A stretch of 64,000 nucleotides of DNA from the NCBI GenBank assembly GCA_025774845.1, contig JALGZP010000004.1, forward strand, positions 1,975 through 65,974. Reading direction: 5' to 3'. How positions within the stretch are numbered: the first letter of the stretch is position 1; every line of letters starts with the position of its first letter. The DNA is from a bacterium (GTDB taxonomy: Bacteria > Arandabacterota > Arandabacteria > Arandabacterales > Arandabacteraceae). A model generated the notes under the pieces. It was not told the DNA's origin. It was given only the letters and a program-made list of their open reading frames with translations, and did not search any database. A program made the translations under genes and the position numbers. Below, in pieces: positions 1 to 10,590 of this stretch.

Positions 1-2
1 TC

Positions 3-1601
3 GCCGGCGACATAGCCAGTTGCACGACACTGGAAGAGCTGGCAAGTGGTGCAGCCGAGGCCGCATCCAACATGCTCGATGGCGCCACAGTAGCTGTTTA
101 TGTATACAACGAAACCTGTTCCTTCCTGAAACCGGTATACATGACAGGCGATCATGAGCTGAGCGATATCGATGATATCAGGATCGATGAAACAGACCTG
201 ATTTTCGAGAAGATTTCCGAAGGTAAAGAGATCCGTTTCGACCATGTAGACGAGTCGACCGACCTGAAGCTCACAGAGTCAATCGGAGCCAAGACGTGCA
301 TCCTCGTGCCGATGTGCTCCAAGAGCAAGGTGTTGGGTCTTCTTGTCGCCTGCGAGACCCGGTGGCTCCGGATATTCACTGATGATGACGTAAACAATCT
401 GAGAGTCTTCTCGACCACGCTTGCACTGGCAATCGAAAATGCGAAACTCACAACCCGGGTCGCGAACGCAATCGACAAGAGCAGCGCACTTAAGGAGTAT
501 ACCGAGACCGTTGTCGACAGTGTCGACATGGGTGTGATCGTCGTCGATGCCGACCTGACTATAACCATGATGAACAAGGGGCTCGAAAGGATGTACGGCC
601 ACCGCCAGGAGGAGTTCCGTGGCAAACACATGTTCGAGGCCTTCCCCCATCTCATAGAACAGGGCTGTGCCGAGATCGCCCAGCAGGTCTTCAACGGTCT
701 GCCTTTTGAACGATGCGGATGGCGGAGACGTCTCGCCGACGGTCGGGAAGCTGTTCAGAACATTAGAGTGGTGCCGCAACGGGATAGATCCGGAAAGGTA
801 AGCGGCGCCATAATCGTTATAGAGGATGTCACCGAAAAAGCCAGTCTTGAGGAAAGGCTGGCCAGGTCCGAAGCCAAGTTCAGCAGGGTGGTGGAGGACC
901 TTGACGACGGGTACCTGATTATCACCGATGGGAAGATAGGTTATGCCAATAAGGCGGCCTCCACACTGACCGGCAGGGCTGCCTTCAAGCTGCTCGGACT
1001 GGGAATCAGCGAGATAATCTCCGAGGACAGACTGGTATCGGAATGTACCAGTCCGACCGGGGCCAAGCTCAAAGTCGAGTCGAGAATCAACCACACCTCC
1101 GGTACGTGGATACCCGTGGATGTAACCATAAGCTCGTCTGAATACGGCGGCAGACACGTCGTGTCGGTGATAATGTCTGACATAACGGACAGGAAGAAAA
1201 TCGAGAAACAGCTCGAACAGAAGAACCGGGAGATGCGTCAGCGTAGTGAGCAGATAACCAGGCTGAATCTCGAACTCGAGGCTACCGTTAACAAGCTGAA
1301 GGCATCCCAGGAGAATCTCATCAAGTCAGAGCGTGTGGCAGCGATAACCGAAACAGCTGTCGCAGCCAATCACGAAATCAACAACCCGCTGTTCTCAGTA
1401 CTCGGTGAGGCGCAGCTCCTGCTCAGGAAGTACAAAGGCGAGGATGAGGAAACCCTCCGGAGGCTCCGCATGATCGAAGAGTCGGCCCTCAGGATCTCAT
1501 GCGTCACAAAGAAACTCGCCAATCTCGCCGATCCTGTGGTCAAGGAATACCCGGGCATAACATCCCACATGATCGACATTGACAAATCGACGACCAAGTG
1601 A
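3..1601 (+). CDS. GAF-PAS-PAS sensor protein with a histidine-kinase DHp/phospho-acceptor helix but no HATPase domain; 5' partial
   Basis: The frame of ORF 72..1601 stays open upstream to nt 3. It has a GAF-like N-terminus, two PAS-like segments and a coiled coil, then the H-box 'AANHEINNPLFSVLGEAQLL'. The stop at 1601 lies 22 nt from the convergent hppA stop, leaving no room for an ATPase domain. Confidence 0.75.
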   Translation, partial: AGDIASCTTLEELASGAAEAASNMLDGATVAVYVYNETCSFLKPVYMTGDHELSDIDDIRIDETDLIFEKISEGKEIRFDHVDESTDLKLTESIGAKTCILVPMCSKSKVLGLLVACETRWLRIFTDDDVNNLRVFSTTLALAIENAKLTTRVANAIDKSSALKEYTETVVDSVDMGVIVVDADLTITMMNKGLERMYGHRQEEFRGKHMFEAFPHLIEQGCAEIAQQVFNGLPFERCGWRRRLADGREAVQNIRVVPQRDRSGKVSGAIIVIEDVTEKASLEERLARSEAKFSRVVEDLDDGYLIITDGKIGYANKAASTLTGRAAFKLLGLGISEIISEDRLVSECTSPTGAKLKVESRINHTSGTWIPVDVTISSSEYGGRHVVSVIMSDITDRKKIEKQLEQKNREMRQRSEQITRLNLELEATVNKLKASQENLIKSERVAAITETAVAANHEINNPLFSVLGEAQLLLRKYKGEDEETLRRLRMIEESALRISCVTKKLANLADPVVKEYPGITSHMIDIDKSTTK

Positions 1602-1622
1602 GCAGTTCTGTCTGATCCCCCC

Positions 1623-3623
1623 CTATCCGAACAACCGGTGATGCAGATTGTAGAGGACCAACCCGAATACCAGTGATACGACCGACATCAATTTTATAAG
1701 TATGTTCATGGACGGGCCTGAGGTGTCCTTGAAAGGGTCGCCGACCGTGTCGCCGACAACAGCTGCCTTGTGAGCATCTGACCCCTTGCCACCCAGGTTG
1801 CCTTCCTCTATCCACTTCTTGGCATTGTCCCAGGCCCCACCACCATTGGCCATCATTATCGCCAGCAATACACCCGTAACAGTTGCACCCGCAAGGAGAC
1901 CTCCGAGTGCTTCCGGACCAAGCAGTATCCCGACAACGGCCGGAGAACAGACAGCAAGGATACCGGGACCGATCATCTCTCTCAGGGCGCCTCTTGTGCT
2001 TATGTCCACGCACCGGGCCGAGTCCGGCTTCGCCTTGCCCTCCATCAAGCCTGTGATCTCACGGAACTGCCGTCTCACCTCTTCCACCATCCTGAATGCG
2101 GCTCTCCCCACCGCACGCATTGTGAGGGCGGCAAACAGAAACGGAAGCGCCCCTCCTATGAGAAGCCCGATAACCACCCTGGGGTCTTTGATGTCGATGA
2201 CCTCAAGCCCGACCTTGCGGGAATACGCGGTGAAGAGCGCAAGTGCGGTCAGGGCGGCCGAACCAATCGCGAAACCCTTGCCCATGGCAGCGGTCGTGTT
2301 ACCCAGGGAATCCAGTTTATCGGTGATCTTGCGAATTTCCGGTCCAAGTCCGCTCATCTCAGCAATCCCGCCGGCATTGTCCGCAATCGGCCCATAGGCG
2401 TCGACAGACATCGTCATCCCGATGGTCGCAAGCATTCCCACCGCGGCCATGCCGATGCCGTAGACACCCGCGAAATAGTGAGCTGCATAGATCGCGCCGG
2501 CGATAGCGAGAATCGGAAGCGTGGTGCTCATCATCCCCACCGAAAGCCCGGAAATTATGTTGGTCGCCACCCCTGTTTTACTGGATTCGGCTATCATCTT
2601 TACCGGTGGACCCGATGTGTAGTACTCAGAAAGCAGTCCGATCGCGACACCTGCCAGTATGCCAGAGAGCACGGCCGAAGCGTAGTTGGTGCCGAGTCCT
2701 ATCTTCCCGACGACAACGTACGTGGCCGCAACCAGAAGAGCGACACTCACGTATGTCGAATACCGCAGCGCAGCCTGGGGATTTCCCGACTGAAATATCC
2801 GTACTGAAAGAGTCCCGATGAACGACGAAACCGTACCCATCGCCACAATGAGTATCGGAAGCGCGACCAGCCACTCCTTGTTGGGCACATCCAGTGTGAC
2901 TGCAATCGCAATGCTCGCAACCACCGAGCCGACGTAGGATTCGAACAGGTCCGCGCCCATGCCGGCCGTATCACCGACATTGTCACCCACGTTATCCGCT
3001 ATCACGGCAGGGTTCCTGGGATCGTCCTCGGGTATCCCCGCCTCAACCTTACCCACGAGATCGGCGCCGACATCGGCCGACTTGGTATAGATACCGCCGC
3101 CAACACGAGCGAAGAGGGCTATCGAACTGGCACCCATCGCAAAACCACTGACAACCTTGCTGGCAAGCGCGGGATCACTTTTGAATATGAAATAGAAGAC
3201 CGAGAGCCCCAGCACGCCAAGGCTGGCCACAGCCATACCCATAACCGCACCACCGGAGAAGGCGATGCTGAGGGCTTTGCTCTGGCCCACGGTTGCTCCC
3301 TGTGTCGCCCTGACATTGGCCCGTGTTGCCGCCTTGAGCCCAAGGAAACCCGCAAGCATCGATGAGAAGGCACCAGCCAGAAAGGCTATGCCGCTTGTGA
3401 TGCCTATGGCAAAAGTCAGAACCACAAACAGGACAACCACGAAAACAAGCAGCGTTAGATACTCACGTCTGAGGAAGGCCATCGCACCCGTGTGAATGAG
3501 ATCGGAGATCTCCTTCATCTTCTCCGTCCCGTATGGATTACGCCTAACAAGCACAAACAGGATGCCCGCATAGATCAGTCCAACTACGCCCACCAACATT
3601 CCGATCAAAGGTACTGTGTTCAT
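1623..3623 (-). CDS. hppA: Membrane-bound ion-translocating pyrophosphatase (K+-dependent type)
   Basis: 666-aa polytopic ORF with '[22 protein letters not shown]', '[16 protein letters not shown]' and '[22 protein letters not shown]'. The Ala in GNTTAA (not GNTTKA) marks the K+-dependent subclass according to the published A/K rule. Confidence 0.93.
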   Translation of the reverse strand: MNTVPLIGMLVGVVGLIYAGILFVLVRRNPYGTEKMKEISDLIHTGAMAFLRREYLTLLVFVVVLFVVLTFAIGITSGIAFLAGAFSSMLAGFLGLKAATRANVRATQGATVGQSKALSIAFSGGAVMGMAVASLGVLGLSVFYFIFKSDPALASKVVSGFAMGASSIALFARVGGGIYTKSADVGADLVGKVEAGIPEDDPRNPAVIADNVGDNVGDTAGMGADLFESYVGSVVASIAIAVTLDVPNKEWLVALPILIVAMGTVSSFIGTLSVRIFQSGNPQAALRYSTYVSVALLVAATYVVVGKIGLGTNYASAVLSGILAGVAIGLLSEYYTSGPPVKMIAESSKTGVATNIISGLSVGMMSTTLPILAIAGAIYAAHYFAGVYGIGMAAVGMLATIGMTMSVDAYGPIADNAGGIAEMSGLGPEIRKITDKLDSLGNTTAAMGKGFAIGSAALTALALFTAYSRKVGLEVIDIKDPRVVIGLLIGGALPFLFAALTMRAVGRAAFRMVEEVRRQFREITGLMEGKAKPDSARCVDISTRGALREMIGPGILAVCSPAVVGILLGPEALGGLLAGATVTGVLLAIMMANGGGAWDNAKKWIEEGNLGGKGSDAHKAAVVGDTVGDPFKDTSGPSMNILIKLMSVVSLVFGLVLYNLHHRLFG

Positions 3624-3778
3624 GGGTTCCCTCCGAATGCTAACACCGTTGTTTCAACTCCAGCCCGGATAATTCAGAAGCCCTCTGCTATGGCGCCGTA
3701 TCTACCAGCACCGGCGGCGAGGTTTCTGAATGATTCAGGCTGGCGGGTCAGAATGCTACATCAAAGGTGTGATCGACG

Positions 3779-6052
3779 TCAAGAGCATTTAACGATCCGC
3801 TCCCGATGGATAGGGAGATCCTCTACTCTCACCCCTGTCGCATTGGAAACGGCATTGGCGATGGCAGCGGCCACGGGGATGATAGCGGGCTCCCCAAGAC
3901 CCTTGGCCCCGAAGGGACCGTCCGTAGAGTGGCAGTCAATGAACTCAACACTCAGGTCATCAGATATATCGAGCGAGGTAGGGACAAGATAGGTGGAGAA
4001 ATCGCGTGAGCACACGCGGCCTTCCGCAACTGCGAATCTCTCATAGAGCGCCAGACCTATGCCCTGCGCGATACCCCCTTCCACCTGGGATGTCGCAGTC
4101 ATGGGATTGATGATCTTGCCGCTATCGTGAATGGCCAGGAAACTCTTCACATCCACGCGTCCTGTCTTAAGATCGACTTCGACCTCGGCAACATCCGTCG
4201 CGAACGAGTAAACATGATAGGCCTTGCCCTGTCCCGTCACCTCGTCCAGCCGGCAGTCGGGAACGACGTACCAGCCTGTTGCCGTGAGGTCTACTCTCCT
4301 CGCGAAGCACTCCGACACGATCTCCGGAAAGCCCAGTCCGCTGTCGGATCTGGCGCCGGCTATACCTCCCCGCGAAACATCGTATGCCGCCTTGGGGCCT
4401 AGGATAGAAGCGCCGACCTCCACCATACGCGTTTTTATCTTGTCACATGCGTCGATTATCGCGTTGCCGCTCACGATCGTCGTCCTTGAGGCGACCGTCG
4501 GGCCCGAGTCAGGAACGACACCCGTGTCAACGGGATTGACACGTACGGCGTCCGTCGCTATTCCAAGCGAATCCGCCGCGATCTGCGAAAGCACGGTCAG
4601 GGCACCCTGGCCCATGTCGGTACAACCTACGAAGACACTGACCGAACCATCCTTCAGAATCTCGACCCTTGCCCCTCCCCTGTCCAGTACCCGTCCGGCC
4701 GCACCCAGGCTCACACCATAGAGCATCGACGCTATCCCGGTCGACCGCACTGTGTCCGCACCCGCCGGCCGCGGCTCGAATTGCTGCTTGTCGTCCCCGA
4801 GGAACTCCTTTGCGCGCGTCAGTGTTTCCACAAGACCTACGCTTTCATCAAGCACCTGTCCGGTCGCGGTGGTGCTGCCCCGCTTCAGGGCGTTCCTAAG
4901 CCGGAATTCGATCGGACCCAGCCCTGCCATCTCCGCCAGCTCATCAATGACCGATTCACAGGCGAACACGACCTGCGGTGTGCCGAAACCTCTCATCGCT
5001 CCCTTAGGAGCCGAATTCGTGTAGAAACCCTGGGTTGTCACGCTTACGTTGGGAATCTCATAGGGACCCGGTGCATGTATCGTAGACCGGAAAAGCACGA
5101 TCGGTGAGAGTGTGGCATAGGCGCCGACGTCCGCATAAAGAGCGATCTCTGCGAAGGTCAGATTCCCGTCTTGCGTACAACCCATGCGGTAGTCCAGACG
5201 CATCGGGTGACGCTTGGAGGTATAGACCAGGTCTTCTTCTCTCGACAGTACCGTCTTGACGGGTCTGCCGGTCTTCACAGCCAGTACGGCCAGCCTTGCA
5301 CAGATCTCCGAGGGTACATCTTCCTTGCCGCCAAAGGCCCCGCCTATTGGGAGCTGGATGACGCGTACCTTTGAAAGGGGCAGACCGAGACACCTGGCCA
5401 CAGCTTCCCTGATATAGAAGGGGCACTGGGCGGGAGCCATTATCTCAATTGAACCATCTGCTCCGGGAACGGCCAATGCACCGATTGGCTCGAGATATCC
5501 GTGCTCCTGCACGGGTGTCGTGAACGTCCGCTCAACGACAAAGTCACTTCGTGTCTCACCGTCCGAGACGTCACCCTTGATGATCTTTCGCTCGACGGCC
5601 AGGTTACCGTCCTTGTGAATACGCGGGCAATCCGGCTTGCGGGCTTCTTCCACAGTCAAGACAGGTGGGAGCTCCTCAAGCGCGATCTCGACACATGATG
5701 CGCCGAGGCTTGCTGCAGCAGTGCTTTCCGCACCGACAAGCGCAACACAATCTGCTTCATACCTGGCGACACTGCTCACAAATAGCGGCTGATCGTCTAT
5801 TACGAGGCCTACGCGGTTCTCACCGGGCACGTCGTCGCAGGTAGCGGCCGCCACCACGCCTTTTATCGACAGGGCCTTTGGTAGCGTTACGCTCTTGATC
5901 CTCGAATGCGGCGTCCGGGCATATACCATGCTTGCGTGGAGCATCCCCGGGAGATTCACATCCTGAATGAACCGTGTGGTACCCTTCGCCTTCGGCAGAC
6001 TGTCAACCGACGGGATAACAGCGCCCACGGCCGGTCTGACTTCACTTTTCAC
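3779..6052 (-). CDS. Xanthine dehydrogenase/aldehyde oxidase family molybdopterin-binding large subunit
   Basis: Motifs 'KGTTRFIQDVNLPGMLHA' (a/b hammerhead), 'PIGGAFGGKED', 'MRGFGTPQV' and 'FGAKGLGEPAIIP'. The maximal ORF reaches 6157. I set the start at GTG 6052 (GAGG 9 nt upstream) to avoid a 116-nt overlap with ilvC; the start is uncertain. Confidence 0.85.
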   Translation of the reverse strand: MKSEVRPAVGAVIPSVDSLPKAKGTTRFIQDVNLPGMLHASMVYARTPHSRIKSVTLPKALSIKGVVAAATCDDVPGENRVGLVIDDQPLFVSSVARYEADCVALVGAESTAAASLGASCVEIALEELPPVLTVEEARKPDCPRIHKDGNLAVERKIIKGDVSDGETRSDFVVERTFTTPVQEHGYLEPIGALAVPGADGSIEIMAPAQCPFYIREAVARCLGLPLSKVRVIQLPIGGAFGGKEDVPSEICARLAVLAVKTGRPVKTVLSREEDLVYTSKRHPMRLDYRMGCTQDGNLTFAEIALYADVGAYATLSPIVLFRSTIHAPGPYEIPNVSVTTQGFYTNSAPKGAMRGFGTPQVVFACESVIDELAEMAGLGPIEFRLRNALKRGSTTATGQVLDESVGLVETLTRAKEFLGDDKQQFEPRPAGADTVRSTGIASMLYGVSLGAAGRVLDRGGARVEILKDGSVSVFVGCTDMGQGALTVLSQIAADSLGIATDAVRVNPVDTGVVPDSGPTVASRTTIVSGNAIIDACDKIKTRMVEVGASILGPKAAYDVSRGGIAGARSDSGLGFPEIVSECFARRVDLTATGWYVVPDCRLDEVTGQGKAYHVYSFATDVAEVEVDLKTGRVDVKSFLAIHDSGKIINPMTATSQVEGGIAQGIGLALYERFAVAEGRVCSRDFSTYLVPTSLDISDDLSVEFIDCHSTDGPFGAKGLGEPAIIPVAAAIANAVSNATGVRVEDLPIHRERIVKCS

Positions 6053-7022
6053 GCCTGGATACCTCGTCAAGATTCTTCCTGGCATTTTCCATCGCTTTGA
6101 AAGCATCGCGCCCCGGTCCCACGCGTCTGCCCGACTCAATGTACGCGCGGAATTCATCGAGGAACTTGCCGCTTTCTATCTCATCCAGGGTCTCTCTGAT
6201 CCTGGCCTTGACATCCTTGCCGATCAATCGACTCCCTCTGGTGACTCCACCGTAGTGCGCAGTTGATGAGATCTGTTCCTCCAGACCGGCCAGACCCACT
6301 CTTGATATCAGCGAGGCCATGTACTCAACCTCAGAAATGCACTCGATATAGGCCACTTCCGGCGAGTAACCACGCTCAACCAGGATGTCGAAGCTCGCCT
6401 TCATGAGTTCGATCATACCACCGGCTAAAACGCACTGCTCACCGAGCAGGTCGGCCACGGCCTCCTCCCTGAAACTCGATCGTATGACACCCGCCTTTCC
6501 ACATCCTATAGCTTTGGCATAGGCCATCGCAACGGCCATGCCTGACGGGTCATCGCCGGCCGATGCGACAAGCGCGGGTATGCCGCCTCCCGCAAGGTAT
6601 CGGCTCCGCAGTATCCCACCCGGCCCCTTGGGCGCCACAAGGAAGACCGTCTGACCGTCGGGGATCGCGACCAGCCCGAAATGAACCGTGAAACCTGCGG
6701 CGAATCCTGTGAAGGTGTCTCTTCGGAGGTGCGGGAACACCTCGTCGCGGCAGATCTCAGCCTGAGTCTCATCGGGGGTGAGCACCATAACGACGTCGGA
6801 TCTGGCTGCGACATCGGCTACCGGCTGTGGATCGAAACCGTCGGCGGCCGCTTTATCAAACGACCTGCCCTTCCGGACGCCTATAACGGGTGGGTACAGA
6901 CTGTCTCTAAGATTGAGCGCCTGTGCCCGGCCCTGCGAACCGTATCCTACGATTCCGATCTGCTTTCCGAGCAGTATGGAGGTGTCGAGATCGTCTTCTG
7001 AGAAGATCCTCTTGCGTGTCAC
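6042..7022 (-). CDS. ilvC: Ketol-acid reductoisomerase (class I)
   Basis: 326 aa with 'IGIVGYGSQGRAQALNLRDS' Rossmann/NADP motif and a typical KARI C-terminal knotted domain. The GTG start overlaps the trxA stop (GTGA). Confidence 0.93.
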   Translation of the reverse strand: MTRKRIFSEDDLDTSILLGKQIGIVGYGSQGRAQALNLRDSLYPPVIGVRKGRSFDKAAADGFDPQPVADVAARSDVVMVLTPDETQAEICRDEVFPHLRRDTFTGFAAGFTVHFGLVAIPDGQTVFLVAPKGPGGILRSRYLAGGGIPALVASAGDDPSGMAVAMAYAKAIGCGKAGVIRSSFREEAVADLLGEQCVLAGGMIELMKASFDILVERGYSPEVAYIECISEVEYMASLISRVGLAGLEEQISSTAHYGGVTRGSRLIGKDVKARIRETLDEIESGKFLDEFRAYIESGRRVGPGRDAFKAMENARKNLDEVSRREK

Positions 7023-7348
7023 TTGATCGCCGCTTTGATCTCCTTCTCAATCTCTTCCTTGGGGCGGACGCCGACAATTCTCGCGGCTTCACTGCCACCC
7101 GTAAAGACTATCAGCGTGGGTATCGCTCGTATCCCGTAGTTCTGAGCGGAGACGGGGTTTTCATCGACATTCATCTTGCAGACCTTTAACGCATCACCCA
7201 TGGATTCTGCAATCTCTTCGACGACAGGGCCCACAACGCGGCACGGAGCACACCAGGGCGCCCAGAAATCCACCAGGACGGCTCCTTCTGCTTTCAGAAC
7301 CTGGTCTTCGAAATTCGAGTCATTGATGTCCGCCGGCTTACCGCTCAT
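7019..7348 (-). CDS. trxA: Thioredoxin
   Basis: 'VDFWAPWCAPCR' active site (WCAPC variant of WCGPC). ATG at 7348 is preceded by GGGAGGG; the longer ORF to 7363 is less likely. Confidence 0.9.
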   Translation of the reverse strand: MSGKPADINDSNFEDQVLKAEGAVLVDFWAPWCAPCRVVGPVVEEIAESMGDALKVCKMNVDENPVSAQNYGIRAIPTLIVFTGGSEAARIVGVRPKEEIEKEIKAAIK

Positions 7349-7394
7349 ATTACGCCCTCCCAAGAATCTGTCGCAGCATGGATAGTACGAAACC

Positions 7395-8141
7395 CTACTC
7401 TTCTATAGTGAACTCACACTTGAATTCTTCAGACACGTTCCACGCCCTGTCCCTGACCTTGCACCTGAATACATAATCTCCCGGACAGGCCTGTCCGTCG
7501 ATAAATACGTCATACCGCCAGTTGCCTTCGGCCCACTCGGGATCAGCTTCAACTGTCTCACACGGTGTCCGGAACCTGTAGTTGAACATGAGCGAATCAT
7601 CCGGAGTGGCCGCGCGTGGACTCCTCGCGACGTCGTGTGCATATATCCTGTACTCCCACGGGAAGATCTTGGGCGGCTTCCCGGGAGGACAGATCACCGA
7701 ATCGATTACGGGCGGCCTGTTGTCGAAGCGCACCACGAAATGCCTGTTGATAATGGTCTCGGCTCCCCTGCCATCGACAACGCGAACGCTGAAATCGTAG
7801 CTCGTGTCAGGAAGATCGAGTATCTGGTAACCGTTCTCGTAGACCCTCAGCCAGCCCCGGGGATGTTCGAAGTGGACATTCTCACCGGTATCGACATTGA
7901 ACCAATCCAGTTCGTTCGGCTCAAGCTTCACATAGGTCACCCCCATACCGAGATCGTCATCGTGATCCGTGGCAATCCAGATGAAGTCAGCCGAATTCTG
8001 GAAAATCACCGCATTCGTATCAGGCGCCCATATGAACCAGACGTTGGGCTCAAGATTGGCTCCCGTGTCCAGATCCTCAACACAACCCCAGACAAGAGCC
8101 CCTGCCAATCCTATGAAAATAATGAGCTTCACGTGTCTCAC
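7395..8141 (-). CDS. Hypothetical lipoprotein
   Basis: GTG 8141 is preceded by GGAGG at 8-nt spacing. The N-terminus 'RHVKLIIFIGLAGALVWGC' looks like a lipoprotein signal with a lipobox Cys. I recognise no family. Confidence 0.6.
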   Translation of the reverse strand: MRHVKLIIFIGLAGALVWGCVEDLDTGANLEPNVWFIWAPDTNAVIFQNSADFIWIATDHDDDLGMGVTYVKLEPNELDWFNVDTGENVHFEHPRGWLRVYENGYQILDLPDTSYDFSVRVVDGRGAETIINRHFVVRFDNRPPVIDSVICPPGKPPKIFPWEYRIYAHDVARSPRAATPDDSLMFNYRFRTPCETVEADPEWAEGNWRYDVFIDGQACPGDYVFRCKVRDRAWNVSEEFKCEFTIEE

Positions 8142-8212
8142 GGTAGATACCTCCGTTGAATTATCCCCATAGACTATAATCACGCCATAGTCGGGTTGTC
8201 AACACGTATAAG

Positions 8213-9595
8213 TCAAGCCAAATCTGTGTCCTTCACCCAGGCCTTAAGGAGTCTGACACATTCTTGCCTTGTCATAGGTCTGGTCACGCCTGCGGCCGCG
8301 TCCAGCAGGAAGTCCTTGGCCCTCCCAACCGCGGGCCCTTCCTCTACTCCAAGAATCTCCATGATGTCACGTCCGTCCAGGGGGAGATCGAGATGTATGA
8401 GATCATCCTGCCCGAGCACCCTGATTCGCTTTCTGAGGTCTCTTACACCGTCGATCATACCCGGTTCGGGGCGCTGGGCCCTGCAATCAGCCTCCACAAG
8501 TGCGAGAACCTGCTCAAGGTGGGGTCCCACCCTCCTCACCAAACGCCGGACGGCTTTGTCACTCCAGTCACTCGAGTAGTTAATCATGTGGTTCTTTACG
8601 AGAAACGTCACCTCATCCGTCAGGCGATTCGGGAACTTGAGTCTTCTAAGAACCGTCCTGGCCGTATCTGCCGAGACCGCTTCATGACCGTAGTAAACGG
8701 CCCGGCCACGCTTGTAACTGCGTGTGTCAAACTTGCCGAGATCATGCAACAGACCGGCCAGTCTGAGTGTAAGGTCGCGTGGAGTGTGGGCGGCCGTCCT
8801 GGCCGCGTGAGTGAAGAGGTCGAAAGCATGATGAGGTGTATCCTGTGAAAACCCGTGAGTGCGGCCGAGCTCGGGAAGAATGATATCACTTGCCCCTATC
8901 CTCTGCATCAGCCTCAAGGCGCTCCTGACACGTCCCGACAGCAGTGTTTTCTCCAGTTCGGTTCTTATCCGCTCGGGAGAGATCCGCCCCAGCAGATACA
9001 CCATCCTCGGCATGGCTTTGAGGAGTTCCTTATCGATCGAAAAACCGAAAACCGCGTAGAATCGGATTGCTCTCAGGATCCTGAGCGGATCAAGCCACAG
9101 CATGAGACAGGGATCCGAGGGTGCCCGCAGTACACCTGCCTTGAGATCGCGCACTCCCCTGCGTGTAGGATCGAGAATTGCAGACCGTGCGAATACCCCG
9201 CGCTTCAATATGTCCGCGTACATGCAGTTGATCGTAAAATCGCGCCGGCCGGCATCACTTTCAAGATCACCTTCTAACCGGCAAATCTCTATGTTGATTC
9301 CCCTGCCAACGGTAAGGGCTGTGCCGAATCTCTTGAACAGGACAGGCTGCGAGAATCCGAGATCCTTGTGCAGGCGGTGTGCAACACTCTCAGGACTGAT
9401 ACCGTCGACAACAATGTCAAGGTCATCGGATATGCTCCCCCGCAGGAGATCCCTCAGGAAGCCGCCGACCACGTAAGCGCTCGCACCCCGTGGTTTTGCA
9501 AACGATCTGATATGCTTGACGACATTGTGATGAGTCTCGAGACCGGACACCACGGTCCTTCCTGGTCTCGCGCGGGCTGAAGATGCGGGTCTCAT
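8213..9595 (-). CDS. cca: CCA-adding tRNA nucleotidyltransferase / poly(A) polymerase family enzyme with HD domain
   Basis: 'YVVGGFLRDLLRG..DDLDIVV' nucleotidyltransferase head and 'LLHDLGK' HD motif. ATGA start/stop overlap with the upstream PP-loop gene. Confidence 0.85.
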   Translation of the reverse strand: MRPASSARARPGRTVVSGLETHHNVVKHIRSFAKPRGASAYVVGGFLRDLLRGSISDDLDIVVDGISPESVAHRLHKDLGFSQPVLFKRFGTALTVGRGINIEICRLEGDLESDAGRRDFTINCMYADILKRGVFARSAILDPTRRGVRDLKAGVLRAPSDPCLMLWLDPLRILRAIRFYAVFGFSIDKELLKAMPRMVYLLGRISPERIRTELEKTLLSGRVRSALRLMQRIGASDIILPELGRTHGFSQDTPHHAFDLFTHAARTAAHTPRDLTLRLAGLLHDLGKFDTRSYKRGRAVYYGHEAVSADTARTVLRRLKFPNRLTDEVTFLVKNHMINYSSDWSDKAVRRLVRRVGPHLEQVLALVEADCRAQRPEPGMIDGVRDLRKRIRVLGQDDLIHLDLPLDGRDIMEILGVEEGPAVGRAKDFLLDAAAGVTRPMTRQECVRLLKAWVKDTDLA

Positions 9596-10590
9596 ATCAT
9601 GAGCTTTCTTACATCGTCGGCTGCCAGCGCCCGCGCATCCAGCATTCGCTCACCGGCGGGCGTCTTTATCCTGACCGTAGCGTTACCCTCCACTTTCCCA
9701 TCGCTGTATCTCGTTACGATCGATGCGGCAAGATCTTCTTCCTCCGGGACACTTCCGCCCCTCAGGATGGCGGTTGGTCCCGGGCAGCTCTCGGTAACAA
9801 TCACCGTGTCGGAATCGCGTGAGAGTGCAGCCAGACGGTCGTTGTCGGATTCGTTCCTTCCAACCACCAGCTTCGTCCCCCGCGGAAGTCTGAAATGCCG
9901 TCCGACCTTAAGCAGATCTATTGCATCAAAGGTCAGCGTTTCATGGGCAAGGAGATCTTTCATCCTCACAGCGAAGTTGGGATCCGTAAGAAGACAACCA
10001 CCACCCGGTGAGGAAAAGCCGGTCACATTCCACTCTTCGGCAAGCCGCAGGAGTTCCTTCCGCGAGCGGCCACTGATCCCGAGGAGTTTGTCTCTCTCGA
10101 CCCATCCCTCCTCTTCAGGAACCGTCGGGGGCAGAAGCTGTGCACACAGAGGCCTCAGGAGGAGTCCATCAAGCCCACTCGCCTTTTCGACTTGCCTCAT
10201 CGTAACTGCCCGCTGGGACATGGGCCGCTGTCCGACGACTTCACCCGTCACCACAAACGATGCCTTCCCCTCCTCCATGAGCTCCCGGGCTTTTTTCAGC
10301 ATATAGATCCGGCAATCGATACAGGGATTGACATTGCTCCCGTAGCCGTGACGCGGGTTTCGAATGATCTCAAGATAGTCTTCCCCGAAGGGGACCACCT
10401 TGAGATCGACTCCAAGCGCGCGCGCCACCGACTGCGCGGGCGAATTCTCCCGATCTCCGGCACAGGCGCCGAACGGACCGACGAAATTCACGACCGTGAC
10501 ATCGATGTCCTGCTCCAGCATCATCCGGACGGCAAGACTGCTATCGAGCCCGCCTGAGAGCAGACATACCGCTTTGACGTGCTTCTTCAC
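9592..10590 (-). CDS. PP-loop ATP pyrophosphatase, ThiI/MnmA-like tRNA sulfurtransferase family
   Basis: N-terminal PP-loop 'CLLSGGLDSS', then 'NPCIDCRIYM' and 'PGGGCLLTD' Cys motifs. GTGA overlap with the upstream aldo/keto reductase gene. Confidence 0.65.
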   Translation of the reverse strand: MKKHVKAVCLLSGGLDSSLAVRMMLEQDIDVTVVNFVGPFGACAGDRENSPAQSVARALGVDLKVVPFGEDYLEIIRNPRHGYGSNVNPCIDCRIYMLKKARELMEEGKASFVVTGEVVGQRPMSQRAVTMRQVEKASGLDGLLLRPLCAQLLPPTVPEEEGWVERDKLLGISGRSRKELLRLAEEWNVTGFSSPGGGCLLTDPNFAVRMKDLLAHETLTFDAIDLLKVGRHFRLPRGTKLVVGRNESDNDRLAALSRDSDTVIVTESCPGPTAILRGGSVPEEEDLAASIVTRYSDGKVEGNATVRIKTPAGERMLDARALAADDVRKLMI

